Shown one piece after another: positions 1 through 9,870 of a stretch of DNA of 64,000 nucleotides. The stretch covers positions 24,494 to 88,493 of IMG/VR virus record IMGVR_UViG_3300050161_000042. The stretch is one strand, 5' to 3'. Positions within the stretch are counted from its first letter, which is position 1; each line of letters begins with the position of its first letter. Position numbers and translations under genes: made by a program. The notes under the pieces are model-generated. The model saw nothing but the letters and a program-made list of their open reading frames with translations. It was not told the DNA's origin and did no database searches. The stretch comes from a virus. Taxonomy: Duplodnaviria > Caudoviricetes.

Positions 1-228
1 AAGAAAGAAGAAGACAAGAAAGACGCTAAGGCTGCTGATGACAAGAAAGAAGACAAGAAGAAAGAAGATAAGTCAGAAGCGTCTGACTCTACTTTCGAAG
101 ACGTTAAAGCCAAGGCTAGTCTAGCTGATGTTGAAACTGACACAGTTTCGCAGAACAGAAAGGCTCTAGCTGGTTGGTACGAAAGCATGATTGGTGTAAA
201 ACAAGAAACAAGCGGAGATAGCAAATAA
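1..228 (+). CDS. C-terminal fragment of upstream gene, probable capsid scaffold/prohead protein (5' truncated)
   Basis: Frame 1 is open from base 1 (KKEEDKKDAKAADDKKEDKK...YESMIGVKQETSGDSK*). It is K/E/D-rich and low-complexity. Its TAA (226-228) overlaps the next ATG (TAATG), and it lies just upstream of the decoration and capsid genes. Confidence 0.55.
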   Translation, partial: KKEEDKKDAKAADDKKEDKKKEDKSEASDSTFEDVKAKASLADVETDTVSQNRKALAGWYESMIGVKQETSGDSK

Positions 229-701
229 TGGCACTAAAAGCAGATAGATATGAAGCAAGAACAGATATTAGCTTCTACTACAATCAAGGTGTTGCTGACA
301 GGGGTGGTGTTGTAGTTCATGGAGCTACAGCAGGTTCCGGTGGAGCAATGGACCAGGGAGCAAACCTCGTTAGATACAAGACAGCAGCGAGCGGTGACGT
401 TCCAGTTGGTATCTTGATGAACGACGTTGTAGACAAAGACCTAACAAGAACTCACCTTAACGTTTATAAGGACGAAGTTCAGTTAGGAAACAAAGTAACT
501 GTCCTTAGAGGTGGTTATGTCGTAACTAACAAACTTGACAATGTTACTGTTGTTGCTGGACAAATTGCTTATGCAAGTCCTGTAAACGCAGGAAACATCA
601 CTAATACCGGAGTACTACCTCATGCTGTTGGAAGATTCCTATCTTCTAAAGATGCTGACGGGTATGCAAAGGTTGAAGTTAATCTTCCTCTAGTAGGCTA
701 A
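228..701 (+). CDS. Capsid decoration/cement protein (putative)
   Basis: 157-aa beta-rich protein between scaffold and major capsid, the usual size and position of head decoration proteins. Ends with the typical GYAKVEVNLP-like strand. Confidence 0.6.
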   Translation: MALKADRYEARTDISFYYNQGVADRGGVVVHGATAGSGGAMDQGANLVRYKTAASGDVPVGILMNDVVDKDLTRTHLNVYKDEVQLGNKVTVLRGGYVVTNKLDNVTVVAGQIAYASPVNAGNITNTGVLPHAVGRFLSSKDADGYAKVEVNLPLVG

Positions 702-718
702 TTGGAGTATAATAGAAA

Positions 719-1729
719 ATGAAACTTAAATTTGAAAGACCTGATGACTCAGTTATCAGCCTGTTAAAAGAAACAGGGAACAATGATATGCAGAAAGCTT
801 GTGCGGCTCAACATGAGTTTGCCAAGGCTATGCAAATGCCTCTAAGAAAGGCTGTACTTATTGGAAGTATTATCGAAAATATTTTCCAACAAATTCCTCT
901 AGAGCCAGGTGCTACTGCGGAATATCCTCTAGATCTTATCGCCCCAGGAATGGAAGGTGAGCACGTAGCTTACACTAACCCTGGTCACGGTAGAATCCCT
1001 GAAAGAGCGGTTGAAAGCGATTATGTAGCGATTCCTACATACAATATTGCTTCTTCAATCGACTGGTTGCTTAGATATTCTAAGGAAGCCAAGTGGGACG
1101 TAGCTGGTAGAGCTATGGAAGTGATGAGAGCCGGTTTCACAAAGAAGATGAACGACGATGGTTGGCACACTCTTCTTGCTGCTGGTGTAGACAGAAACAT
1201 TCTTGTTTACGATGCTGATGCTCCTGCCGGTATGTTCACAAAGAGATTGGTTTCCACTCTCCAGAACACAATGAGAAGAAATTCTGGTGGTAACACTGGA
1301 TCGGCTGGAAGAGGAAGACTGACTGACCTATACGTTAGTCCAGAAGCCCTTCAAGACGTAAGAGGTTGGGGATTGGATCAAGTAGACGAAATCACTAGAA
1401 GAGAAATCTACGTTGCTACCGAAAACGGTGCTCCGATTACTAGAATCTTCGGTGTTAATCTACACGACCTTGATGAACTTGGCGAAGGTCAAGAATATCA
1501 ACAGTTCTTCCTAACTCAACTTGGTGGTGAACTAGAAGCTTCGGACAAGGAACTTGTAATTGGTCTGGACCTATCCTCAACAGATAGTTTCGTGATGCCA
1601 GTTAAGGCTCCAATCGAAATCTTCGAAGACCCAACAATGCACAGACAACAAAGAGTTGGTTTCTACGGATGGACAGAAATTGGTTTCGGTGTTCTAGACA
1701 ATAGAAGAATTATCCTAGGATCGTTCTAA
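719..1729 (+). CDS. Major capsid protein (HK97-like fold)
   Basis: 336 aa, strong codon bias, GGAG upstream, followed by a strong terminator. Position after scaffold/decoration and a C-terminal GFYGWTEIGFGVLDNRRII segment fit HK97-fold capsids. Confidence 0.8.
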   Translation: MKLKFERPDDSVISLLKETGNNDMQKACAAQHEFAKAMQMPLRKAVLIGSIIENIFQQIPLEPGATAEYPLDLIAPGMEGEHVAYTNPGHGRIPERAVESDYVAIPTYNIASSIDWLLRYSKEAKWDVAGRAMEVMRAGFTKKMNDDGWHTLLAAGVDRNILVYDADAPAGMFTKRLVSTLQNTMRRNSGGNTGSAGRGRLTDLYVSPEALQDVRGWGLDQVDEITRREIYVATENGAPITRIFGVNLHDLDELGEGQEYQQFFLTQLGGELEASDKELVIGLDLSSTDSFVMPVKAPIEIFEDPTMHRQQRVGFYGWTEIGFGVLDNRRIILGSF

Positions 1730-1761
1730 TCGAAAACTAAGTACAAATAGACTATAATAAG

Positions 1762-1793
1762 ATGGGAGTCACCACAAATGACTCCCATTTTTT
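1762..1793 (+). terminator. Rho-independent terminator after major capsid gene
   Basis: Perfect 10-bp stem ATGGGAGTCA / TGACTCCCAT with a 7-nt loop, followed by a T-run. Confidence 0.9.
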
Positions 1794-1828
1794 ATTGAAT
1801 TCATAGTAAAACTAAGGATTTTCTTTTC

Positions 1829-1837
1829 GTGTATAAT
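1829..1837 (+). promoter_or_regulatory. Putative late promoter motif GTGTATAAT
   Basis: Exact 9-mer right after the capsid terminator, ~30 nt upstream of the 1870 start. Recurs at other gene junctions. Confidence 0.65.
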
Positions 1838-1869
1838 AGGGTATCAACCAAGGAAAATAGGAGTACAAT

Positions 1870-2334
1870 ATGTCGGCATTATCTGATTACTTAGAGTCTG
1901 GTGTTCTTAACAGCATTTTTAGGGGCGTTTCATTCACGCCACCATCTAGAATAGCTATTGCCTTAACCAGAGGCGTTCCTACACAAAACCAAAATGGTAC
2001 TACCATTGATGAAGTTTTACCAACTGGTGTTGGTGGAGTGGACAATGGGTACACTAGAGTTTTGGTAAGTGTTAGTAATAACAATAGTCAAAAATGGTCT
2101 TATAGACCAGAAAATCACACAAACGAAAGTGGCGTTATTCAAAACGCAAACAACGTAGTATTTAATACAGCCCTGGCAGACTGGGGAACTGTTTCTGGAA
2201 TTGCCATTCTTGATAATGAAGTAAGAGGTTCTGGAAACCTACTATTCTTTGCTGAACTAGAGCAACCAAGAACTGTCTATACTGGAGACAACGTAAAGTT
2301 TAATACAAATGAACTAAGAATTATGTTGCAATAA
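1870..2334 (+). CDS. Conserved phage virion protein (MSALSDYLE...WGTVSGIAILD...GNLLF family)
   Basis: Motifs SDYLE, Y.RV, N..VFNTA..DWGTV.GIAI.D...GNLLFF match a widespread small tail/fibre-associated virion family. GGAG RBS. Confidence 0.6.
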   Translation: MSALSDYLESGVLNSIFRGVSFTPPSRIAIALTRGVPTQNQNGTTIDEVLPTGVGGVDNGYTRVLVSVSNNNSQKWSYRPENHTNESGVIQNANNVVFNTALADWGTVSGIAILDNEVRGSGNLLFFAELEQPRTVYTGDNVKFNTNELRIMLQ

Positions 2335-2347
2335 TCCAGGTTTCTAG

Positions 2348-5300
2348 ATGACACAAAAAACAAAAGCAGAACTAGTTAACAGTATCAACACGGATATTGT
2401 TTCAAACAGCGAGAAAAGGGTTACACCAGAAGACATTAGGAGAAACATGATCGATATAGTCGATTCTATTTCTATATTGTCTACTGATGAGTATATCGTT
2501 TCTGCTAATATTTCTACGCCTATAACTAGAAATACCAGAGTTGGTATTGAAGCTCTAGATAAAGCTGGAGTTGTTCCTGGTTATAATAGTAATGATAATA
2601 CCGCTGGTGGTTTTCATGCCCTATATGCAAACTACAATGGTGATGGTAATTCTGCTTGGGGTTCTTATGCCCTTGGTTGTAACATCTATGGCGAAGAAAA
2701 TACTGCCATTGGATGGTATACTCTTTCGGTAAATCAAGATGGTGATAAGAATGTCGCCCTTGGTTCTCATGCCCTTAAGAATCTAAAACATGGTAATAAC
2801 AATATAGGTATTGGCTCATATGCCGGATACTATATTGGTGAAAGTGATAACTTTAAATTCTTCTTAGGTTCCCATGACCTAACGCCGCAAGAAACATGTG
2901 ATAATCCATCAGGTAGTGGAATTACTCCACTTATGTATGGTGATCTTCTAAATAACGTTCTTGTTATTGGTTATACTCAACTTCATAACGAAGGAAAGCT
3001 ACAGGTTAATGGATCTGTTACTCCAGCGAGAATGATTAGTGAGGTTTCAGAGCCAGGAAATCTTGGTAGTACAAACTATCCCTGGAATAAAGTATATCTA
3101 AGAGAAATCAACAGCGATTTGCCCTATGTATCTGTTAATAACAACCTGATCCCAACAGAAGATGGTGTGTTTACTCTGGGCGATCAAACTCATAGATGGA
3201 ATACTGCCTATATCAACAATATTGTTGTTAACGGGTCTGCTGCTATCAATGACTTACAATACAATCAAATAACAGAATCACAGTATCTTAATAGAACACT
3301 CTATCTAGCATCTAGTGGAGTAAACTCTATGAGTAGTGCTCCACTTCCTTATTTAACAGATGAAGGTATTGATGGTGGAGGTGTTGTTATTCAATCTTCT
3401 GGAGTTAGTTACAGAAGAAACTATTCAATGCTCTATAGAGCACCTAATCTAACTTGGACATATGCTAATACAGCTTTTGCTAAATCAAGTTGGGAATCTA
3501 ACATCAGCTTTGTTGTACAACCAGACTGTTTTATAAAGACAGACAGACTGATTGGTAGAAGCAAACTTCTCATCAGTAATGATACACCCACAAGAAACGG
3601 TTTCACTGTTGATGACCATATAGTAATTGGTAAAGAAAGTCTTAGAGATGAATACTACGGTTGGGAATTTGGTGGTCAGTTTAACCACATAGTAGATAGC
3701 GGAGTTTCAATATACTCTCAAAACGTATTTGCCAAGGGTTCTGGTATATCTATTGAGAGCAATGAGCTATCTAGATACGATGGAACTTTAGATGAAATAT
3801 ATGGATTCTCTTCGACGTATGATGATAAGAACGGAAAAATCAAGAAAAGATTTATTGGATATGCTGGCAGTCCAAGCGGAACTTGTTCATTTGCAATTGA
3901 TGCCCTAAATGGTAAAGCTGGTTTCTCTAATAGAAATATAGACTTTGATCCAATTACTACTTTCAATATCTTCGGAAGTGGAAATTCAGTATTAAGAAAC
4001 TCATCCGTAAATAAAGCCTCGATACAGCTTTCTGTTGATGATAATAACTTAGTAAAGGGATTAGATATTTCTCACTCGGCGGCGGATAACAAAACGAGGG
4101 TTAGTATCTATAGGGCAGCTTCTCTATATGAAGTGTTTAACTTCGCAGAAAGTGGATTTGCCCACAATACTCCTGTATCTATATTAGAAACAAGCGGTAC
4201 AGTAGTAGCACAAGAAGGTTACGGTACTCTTATCGTAAGACCTAACTCAAGCCCAACTAGATCACAATCTATCTTCTTACAAGATGATGAAGGTAGAGAG
4301 TTTGATCTTCTAGCAGATGGTGGAGACATCTTTGGTGATGATTTCGTATACCATGATGCAAAAAGAAATACATTACTAGGATATTTTGATACAGATACAA
4401 AGGAAAAGATTTATGCAAGCGGTGGATATGAAAATACAGCCATTGGTCACGAAGCTCTTGATGGTTTGGTTACTGGTAGCGGCAATATTGCTTTGGGTTA
4501 CAGATCAGGATATGGAATTAAGTCAGGAAAGAACAATGTTCTAATTGGACATTCTCTTGCTACTACAGACTTATCTAATGCCCTACTTATTGGTAATGGA
4601 ACTAATGTAATAGTTTATGGGGAAATTCCCACAAGTTCTGGTGCTGGATTCTTTGGCGTTGATGAAAAGTTTGAAATCACTAAGAAAGATGCAACCGACA
4701 AGGTTGAGATAGTACAAGAAAATCGTGATACTATCATCAGAAAGGTTAGTAAGGGTAAAAATCTACAGACAGAAATTGTTGATGAACTTGGCGGATTTAT
4801 GGGAAGCAAACCCACATCTAGCCTATTCTTTGATTTTGTAGGTACTACGACACATAGATTGCTTGAGCTTAATGCTTCTGGTAATTTAAATTCTTCATAT
4901 GTTTTTACAAATACAAGACCATATGCAACACTTAAGGGCGATTTGAATCTATACGGCGATCTTAGATTCCCAGATGGAAGTGCTATTACATCAGCTAGCG
5001 GATTACAGATAACCGCCGGTACTGGTATTGCTATAAATTCTATTTCGGGCGTTAAAGAGATCTCGTTTAGTATTAGCAATATTCCAACCTATGGTGGTCC
5101 TATAGCTAGTGTTGATTCTAATCTAGTAGTAGAAACAAGCGGTGTTGTTAAGAGATGCCCAGTATCTCAACTGATGCAGTATGTTAATCATACTAATCCA
5201 CAAATGTACTTTAACTGTCCAGGCGGATATAACTTAGTACTATCTAATAACTCAGCTATCTATCATAATCAAAATTGCAATACAATATTTGGTGGTAATG

Positions 5301-6088
5301 AAGCTGGCGATGATGCGGAAGGATTCACTAATAGCGTTGTATTGGGTACGCAAGCTGGACAAGAAGCTTACTTTAATAATTCTTCGCTAACTATAGATAC
5401 TGCCGCAGTATTCATTGGATACAATGCTGGTAGAAAATCTAGAAATGCTGATAACTCAATCTTTATTGGACCTTCTGCTGGTCAACATTCTGTAAATACA
5501 GATAATTCTATTTTCATCGGTAACTCTGCTGGAGAAAGTTCTAAGTCTTCTAAATCTATTTCGATTGGTGATAATACCCTTGAAACAGTAGAGGGAGAAA
5601 ACAATATAGAAATAGTTGGCAACAGAGAAGACTTTAATAGAATTCTTGGCGGAAGAATAGACCACAAGATGAGTCTTGGTGCCGTTGTTGCTGCCGATAC
5701 ATGTGTTGGTAGAGTATCTGTTGGTGGTGCTGCTAGAGTATTCCCAACAGCCTCTGTAGAATCATCATCTAAGTTTGGTGATAATGCTGTTCCTGTTCAC
5801 AAGTGGTTTAATGCTGCTGGTGATTTAGTAGCATATTTAGATCAACAGGGCAATATGGTTCTTAAGGGAGCCGTAATGACATCATCTTATATGAACGAAT
5901 CAAATCTTGTTCCTGGGGTTATGCCTACCGGATTACCATGTGGAAATCAGAATATATCTGGTAACACACCAACTGTTGTTCTACCAAATACTGGTGGAGA
6001 CAATGGAGATAATGGTAGCGGTGGAAATACTGATCTACCTCCTAGCGGATACATGTTAGGTTACACTCCAATCTACAATGAAATATAG
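2348..6088 (+). CDS. Large virion fibre/adhesin-like protein with Gly-containing beta-roll repeats
   Basis: 1246 aa with three clusters of ~14-aa N.A.G..AL/AG repeats resembling YadA-head beta-rolls. N-terminus is similar to that of the 9871 ORF. Confidence 0.55.
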   Translation: MTQKTKAELVNSINTDIVSNSEKRVTPEDIRRNMIDIVDSISILSTDEYIVSANISTPITRNTRVGIEALDKAGVVPGYNSNDNTAGGFHALYANYNGDGNSAWGSYALGCNIYGEENTAIGWYTLSVNQDGDKNVALGSHALKNLKHGNNNIGIGSYAGYYIGESDNFKFFLGSHDLTPQETCDNPSGSGITPLMYGDLLNNVLVIGYTQLHNEGKLQVNGSVTPARMISEVSEPGNLGSTNYPWNKVYLREINSDLPYVSVNNNLIPTEDGVFTLGDQTHRWNTAYINNIVVNGSAAINDLQYNQITESQYLNRTLYLASSGVNSMSSAPLPYLTDEGIDGGGVVIQSSGVSYRRNYSMLYRAPNLTWTYANTAFAKSSWESNISFVVQPDCFIKTDRLIGRSKLLISNDTPTRNGFTVDDHIVIGKESLRDEYYGWEFGGQFNHIVDSGVSIYSQNVFAKGSGISIESNELSRYDGTLDEIYGFSSTYDDKNGKIKKRFIGYAGSPSGTCSFAIDALNGKAGFSNRNIDFDPITTFNIFGSGNSVLRNSSVNKASIQLSVDDNNLVKGLDISHSAADNKTRVSIYRAASLYEVFNFAESGFAHNTPVSILETSGTVVAQEGYGTLIVRPNSSPTRSQSIFLQDDEGREFDLLADGGDIFGDDFVYHDAKRNTLLGYFDTDTKEKIYASGGYENTAIGHEALDGLVTGSGNIALGYRSGYGIKSGKNNVLIGHSLATTDLSNALLIGNGTNVIVYGEIPTSSGAGFFGVDEKFEITKKDATDKVEIVQENRDTIIRKVSKGKNLQTEIVDELGGFMGSKPTSSLFFDFVGTTTHRLLELNASGNLNSSYVFTNTRPYATLKGDLNLYGDLRFPDGSAITSASGLQITAGTGIAINSISGVKEISFSISNIPTYGGPIASVDSNLVVETSGVVKRCPVSQLMQYVNHTNPQMYFNCPGGYNLVLSNNSAIYHNQNCNTIFGGNEAGDDAEGFTNSVVLGTQAGQEAYFNNSSLTIDTAAVFIGYNAGRKSRNADNSIFIGPSAGQHSVNTDNSIFIGNSAGESSKSSKSISIGDNTLETVEGENNIEIVGNREDFNRILGGRIDHKMSLGAVVAADTCVGRVSVGGAARVFPTASVESSSKFGDNAVPVHKWFNAAGDLVAYLDQQGNMVLKGAVMTSSYMNESNLVPGVMPTGLPCGNQNISGNTPTVVLPNTGGDNGDNGSGGNTDLPPSGYMLGYTPIYNEI

Positions 6089-6096
6089 GAAATAAT

Positions 6097-7584
6097 ATGG
6101 GAAGCTTTACAAAAACAATCAATCCTACAAACTTTAATCTTGGTAATGGTCTAATATCATCTACTAATATTTTTCAACCATTGAATTACAATACAAATTT
6201 TAATGGAACTTTCGTTGATAGCGTTGATTATGGTTTGATATTAGGATTAAGTACTTATGCATATTCTGGAACAAAACCGATCCATCTTGATCTTTATGGG
6301 GTTTCTTATTTTAATCAAGACTATTTAGCTGGACCTTATGTAAATAATATAGCACCAGTAAATCATCAGTCAGCAAGTAGTCCATTTGCAAGGTTTAAAT
6401 TAACACCAGGAGATCTATATTTAGTTGGTGGAATGTATGTTCCTTGCAACGGAAGCATTTCTTTAACAAATGTAAATAACTACTTTGTAGAGAAAACAAT
6501 ATCTATAGCTTCTAGTCCTCAGTCTAAACTAAAGATGTTTTTAAACTTTAGTACTGTTAGTACTCAGTCTATTTATTATAGACCTTCTACAAACTTTTTC
6601 AATCTTTATGCCGGTACTTATTGGCAGGGAACAAACTTGACAATAAATGACCCAGATAGTCAACCGACTTCTAAGGTTTGTTTTAGAATTCTAGCTAATA
6701 ATGTTGTTGTATTTGATCTTAGAAATAACTTCGTTGGCAACATTGATGTCACTATTCCTCCTGGCACAACAAGTATTAAATTTGAAACATATGATGAAGC
6801 GTTTCCGACAGGAACTCCGACTAACTACTTCAAGAATGCAGATTACTATGTAATTTACAATAATCTTAGAATTAACGTAGAAGGACAACCAAGTAGACCA
6901 ATTGGTAATGATACTAGATTGGGAACTGGTTATTCATATCTAGAGGCTATTAGATCATCTTCACTTAGCGTTACAGATGTTGATAATAATGGATATCACG
7001 ATATTATTCTTGGTCAGTCTGAATCAGATAGACCAGTTAGTTATTATGTAGTAGGTGATGACTGGAAAGATCCAAACTTTAGACCATTGAATACAAATAG
7101 AAATGTTTGTCTAGAGTTTCCTAATATAGATTTTAGTGATATTGATGAAGATGAAAGAATTGAATTAGTTCTAGATGTTATTGATATTAATACAGACGAA
7201 GCAGAAGAACAATATGACCACCTAGGAATTTCAAAACCTATTACTAGAGAATTCTACAAGTTTGGAGATAATGCTACTGATTCGCCTCCAAATACTAGAA
7301 GGGCTAGAATGAATTGCTCTGTAGCTAGAGCAGATTTTGTTGATACAGTTGTTGCAATATCTACTGGTCCTAGTAATCATACTGTTGCCCCTAAAGTTGC
7401 TATAAAGGGCGGTATACTTATCTATGATATCACAGATGCAGTAAAAGACTCTATAATAGCTGGTAGACAGAAGATAGTTGTGTGGTTAACATACGATGAA
7501 GGAACTAGGGATAAGTATGTTACCTTTAGAATAGGTAATACAGAACAAAACAAACCAAGGATAAGATTCAAGCCTAAACCATGA
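6097..7584 (+). CDS. Hypothetical, probably virion-associated beta-rich protein
   Basis: 495-aa ORF containing DVDNNGYHDIILG (FG-GAP/VCBS-type Ca-binding loop-like) and DIDEDERIELVL. Confidence 0.45.
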   Translation: MGSFTKTINPTNFNLGNGLISSTNIFQPLNYNTNFNGTFVDSVDYGLILGLSTYAYSGTKPIHLDLYGVSYFNQDYLAGPYVNNIAPVNHQSASSPFARFKLTPGDLYLVGGMYVPCNGSISLTNVNNYFVEKTISIASSPQSKLKMFLNFSTVSTQSIYYRPSTNFFNLYAGTYWQGTNLTINDPDSQPTSKVCFRILANNVVVFDLRNNFVGNIDVTIPPGTTSIKFETYDEAFPTGTPTNYFKNADYYVIYNNLRINVEGQPSRPIGNDTRLGTGYSYLEAIRSSSLSVTDVDNNGYHDIILGQSESDRPVSYYVVGDDWKDPNFRPLNTNRNVCLEFPNIDFSDIDEDERIELVLDVIDINTDEAEEQYDHLGISKPITREFYKFGDNATDSPPNTRRARMNCSVARADFVDTVVAISTGPSNHTVAPKVAIKGGILIYDITDAVKDSIIAGRQKIVVWLTYDEGTRDKYVTFRIGNTEQNKPRIRFKPKP

Positions 7585-8261
7585 AAGTAGCGGTAATAAG
7601 TAGATACAAAGAAGATTGTAGTTGGGTTAAACATTTGGAAGTAGATCATGTGTTTATTTACAACAAGGGAAAAAAGATAGAAATAAAATTCGGCCCTAAT
7701 GTATCTATTGAAGACTTGCCTAATACCGGAAGAGAAGCTCATACTTGGGCTTATCACTTTTTAAAGAATTATGATGATCTAGCTGATAATACATTTTTAC
7801 TACAGGGCGATCCATTCGAACACTCTGGGGATTTGTATAGCAGACTAAAACATGATTACATCGAGCCAACCTCGTTGACCAGTCAGTATAAGTCCAATTG
7901 GCCCCCTCCAGACTTTAAAAGAAAAGAAAAGACAATTTATCCATTCGGACACACGGTAAGACTCGGACATATTTCCTGCTATAGCGGTGGGTTCATTGAC
8001 GACACAAGAGCTTGGTTTAAGGAAAGATGGGAATTCATATTCGAGGGCGATGCCCCTAAAGAATTTTACTATCCATATGGTGCGATGTGGGCTGTTCCTA
8101 GAAAAACAGTTCTAATAAGAGACAAGAGTTTCTGGTTTATACTAGAGATGCTTTTAAGAAACTTCAAAACAGCAAAAATGTCGGATACAATAATTGACCC
8201 CTGGGCGATGGAAGCTCTATGGCCCGCAGTATTTGATTCACAGTATAGGACTAAGTTTTAA
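7581..8261 (+). CDS. DUF3431-family protein (putative glycosyltransferase-like)
   Basis: Signature motifs VISRYKEDCSW, IYNKG, LPNTGREAHT..YH...NYDDL.D.TFLLQGDPFEH. ATGA overlap with the upstream gene. Confidence 0.75.
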   Translation: MKVAVISRYKEDCSWVKHLEVDHVFIYNKGKKIEIKFGPNVSIEDLPNTGREAHTWAYHFLKNYDDLADNTFLLQGDPFEHSGDLYSRLKHDYIEPTSLTSQYKSNWPPPDFKRKEKTIYPFGHTVRLGHISCYSGGFIDDTRAWFKERWEFIFEGDAPKEFYYPYGAMWAVPRKTVLIRDKSFWFILEMLLRNFKTAKMSDTIIDPWAMEALWPAVFDSQYRTKF

Positions 8262-9334
8262 TGTACGATTACATGGTTGTTGGTTGCGGATTATTTGGTT
8301 CTGTGTTTTCGAATATAGTTGCAGATAAAGGCAAAAAAGTACTACTGATTGATAAAAGGACTCACATAGCCGGTAATTGCTACACTGAGCAGATCGAGGG
8401 AATCGAGGTTCATAAATACGGCCCACATATATTCCATACAAATTCCAAAGATATTTGGGACTATGTAAACCGATTTGCAGAATTCAATAACTTTGTACTT
8501 AATACGAAAGCTAAGTATGATGACAAGATATACTCACTTCCTATTAACATGAATACATTCTATGAACTTTGGGGAGTTACTGAGCCTAAAGAAGCTAGAA
8601 AGATACTTGAAACTTCAAAAGTTAAAATAGACAACCCAAAGAACCTAGAAGAATATGCACTGTCTCAACTTGGTACAGAAATATACGATAAGTTCTTCTA
8701 TGGCTACACCAAGAAACAATGGGGAACTGATCCTAAGAATTTGCCCGCAAGTATAATCAAAAGATTGCCTATCAGATATACTTACGATAACAACTATTTT
8801 AATGATAAATACCAGGGCATTCCTGTCGGTGGTTATACAAGAATGGTTGGTAACATGATAGATCACCCTAACATAGAAATAAAGCTAGGAGCCGAGTTTA
8901 ACTGGGAAGGTTTGGCTAGGAATATTGTTTATACTGGCGGGATCGATACTCTGTTTAATTATCAATTTGGAGAGTTAGAGTATAGATCACTTAGATTTGA
9001 GCATTCAATAAAAGATGGAGATATTCAGGGATGTGCAGTATTAAACCATACAGAAGCTTATATTCCCTATACTAGGACAATTGAGCACAAGCATTTTGAG
9101 AAGAAGATTACAGATAAAAGTGTAATTACTAGAGAATACCCACAGTCATGGGATAAAGACAAAGAAGCCTATTATCCTGTTTCAAACGAATCTAGTAGTA
9201 ACTTATACAATAGATATTTAGAGCTTTCAAAAGGTCTAGATAACATGTTTATAGGTGGAAGATTGGGTTCTTATAAATATTGGGATATGGATCAAACAAT
9301 TGGTTCTTCAATGAAGTTGGCTAAAAGTGTATAA
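8261..9334 (+). CDS. glf: UDP-galactopyranose mutase
   Basis: FAD-binding VVGCGLFG, IDKRTHIAGNCY, HKYGPHIFHT, GYTKKQWG, YQGIP..GYT, YTR..EHKHF, YYP and GRLGSYKYWDMDQ: the full Glf motif set in 357 aa. Confidence 0.97.
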   Translation: MYDYMVVGCGLFGSVFSNIVADKGKKVLLIDKRTHIAGNCYTEQIEGIEVHKYGPHIFHTNSKDIWDYVNRFAEFNNFVLNTKAKYDDKIYSLPINMNTFYELWGVTEPKEARKILETSKVKIDNPKNLEEYALSQLGTEIYDKFFYGYTKKQWGTDPKNLPASIIKRLPIRYTYDNNYFNDKYQGIPVGGYTRMVGNMIDHPNIEIKLGAEFNWEGLARNIVYTGGIDTLFNYQFGELEYRSLRFEHSIKDGDIQGCAVLNHTEAYIPYTRTIEHKHFEKKITDKSVITREYPQSWDKDKEAYYPVSNESSSNLYNRYLELSKGLDNMFIGGRLGSYKYWDMDQTIGSSMKLAKSV

Positions 9335-9336
9335 AT
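9327..9336 (+). promoter_or_regulatory. Variant late promoter motif GTGTATAAAT
   Basis: Overlaps the glf stop codon, ~20 nt upstream of the 9357 start. One mismatch to GTGTATAAT. Confidence 0.45.
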
Positions 9337-9356
9337 TCTTATAGAGGTAACAAAAA

Positions 9357-9860
9357 ATGAGTTGGAAATTGAAAGTTGTTCCCGTAATAAGAACACTCGT
9401 AAGCGATCTAGAATATGCCCAGTATGACGATGACAGAATTCTCATGAATTTTATGTTTGCGGCTAATTTTGTCTCTTTTGATGTTAAGAAGTGGAGTTAT
9501 GAGATAGATACCTCCGCTGTAGAAATTACTCCAGATCCATCCGATGACCAAAATTTTATTACATTATCATGTCTCAAATGTGCCTGTATGATGTTGAATA
9601 GTGAGCTTAAAACAAAGCTTGCTACAACGGGAAGAAAGGTAACCATGAAAGACGGTCCATCTGAAATAACTATGGACAGAAGCTCAGAGCTAGCTTCATT
9701 AAAAGAATTCGCTAAAAGTGCTTGTGACAAATACGAAGAAGCCCTATTTCAGTTTAATGCCGGTAACTCAATTGGTATATCGATAACTGGACCACAAACA
9801 TGGGGAGTAGCAGACACACAAGGTTCAACAACATACCCAGAAGAAAGAAATGTATTCTAA
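9357..9860 (+). CDS. Putative head-tail adaptor/connector protein
   Basis: 167 aa, largely helical, with a hairpin segment (KVTMKDGPSEITMD). Position and size fit adaptor proteins. GAGG RBS. Confidence 0.45.
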   Translation: MSWKLKVVPVIRTLVSDLEYAQYDDDRILMNFMFAANFVSFDVKKWSYEIDTSAVEITPDPSDDQNFITLSCLKCACMMLNSELKTKLATTGRKVTMKDGPSEITMDRSSELASLKEFAKSACDKYEEALFQFNAGNSIGISITGPQTWGVADTQGSTTYPEERNVF

Positions 9861-9870
9861 GGAATAAAAA

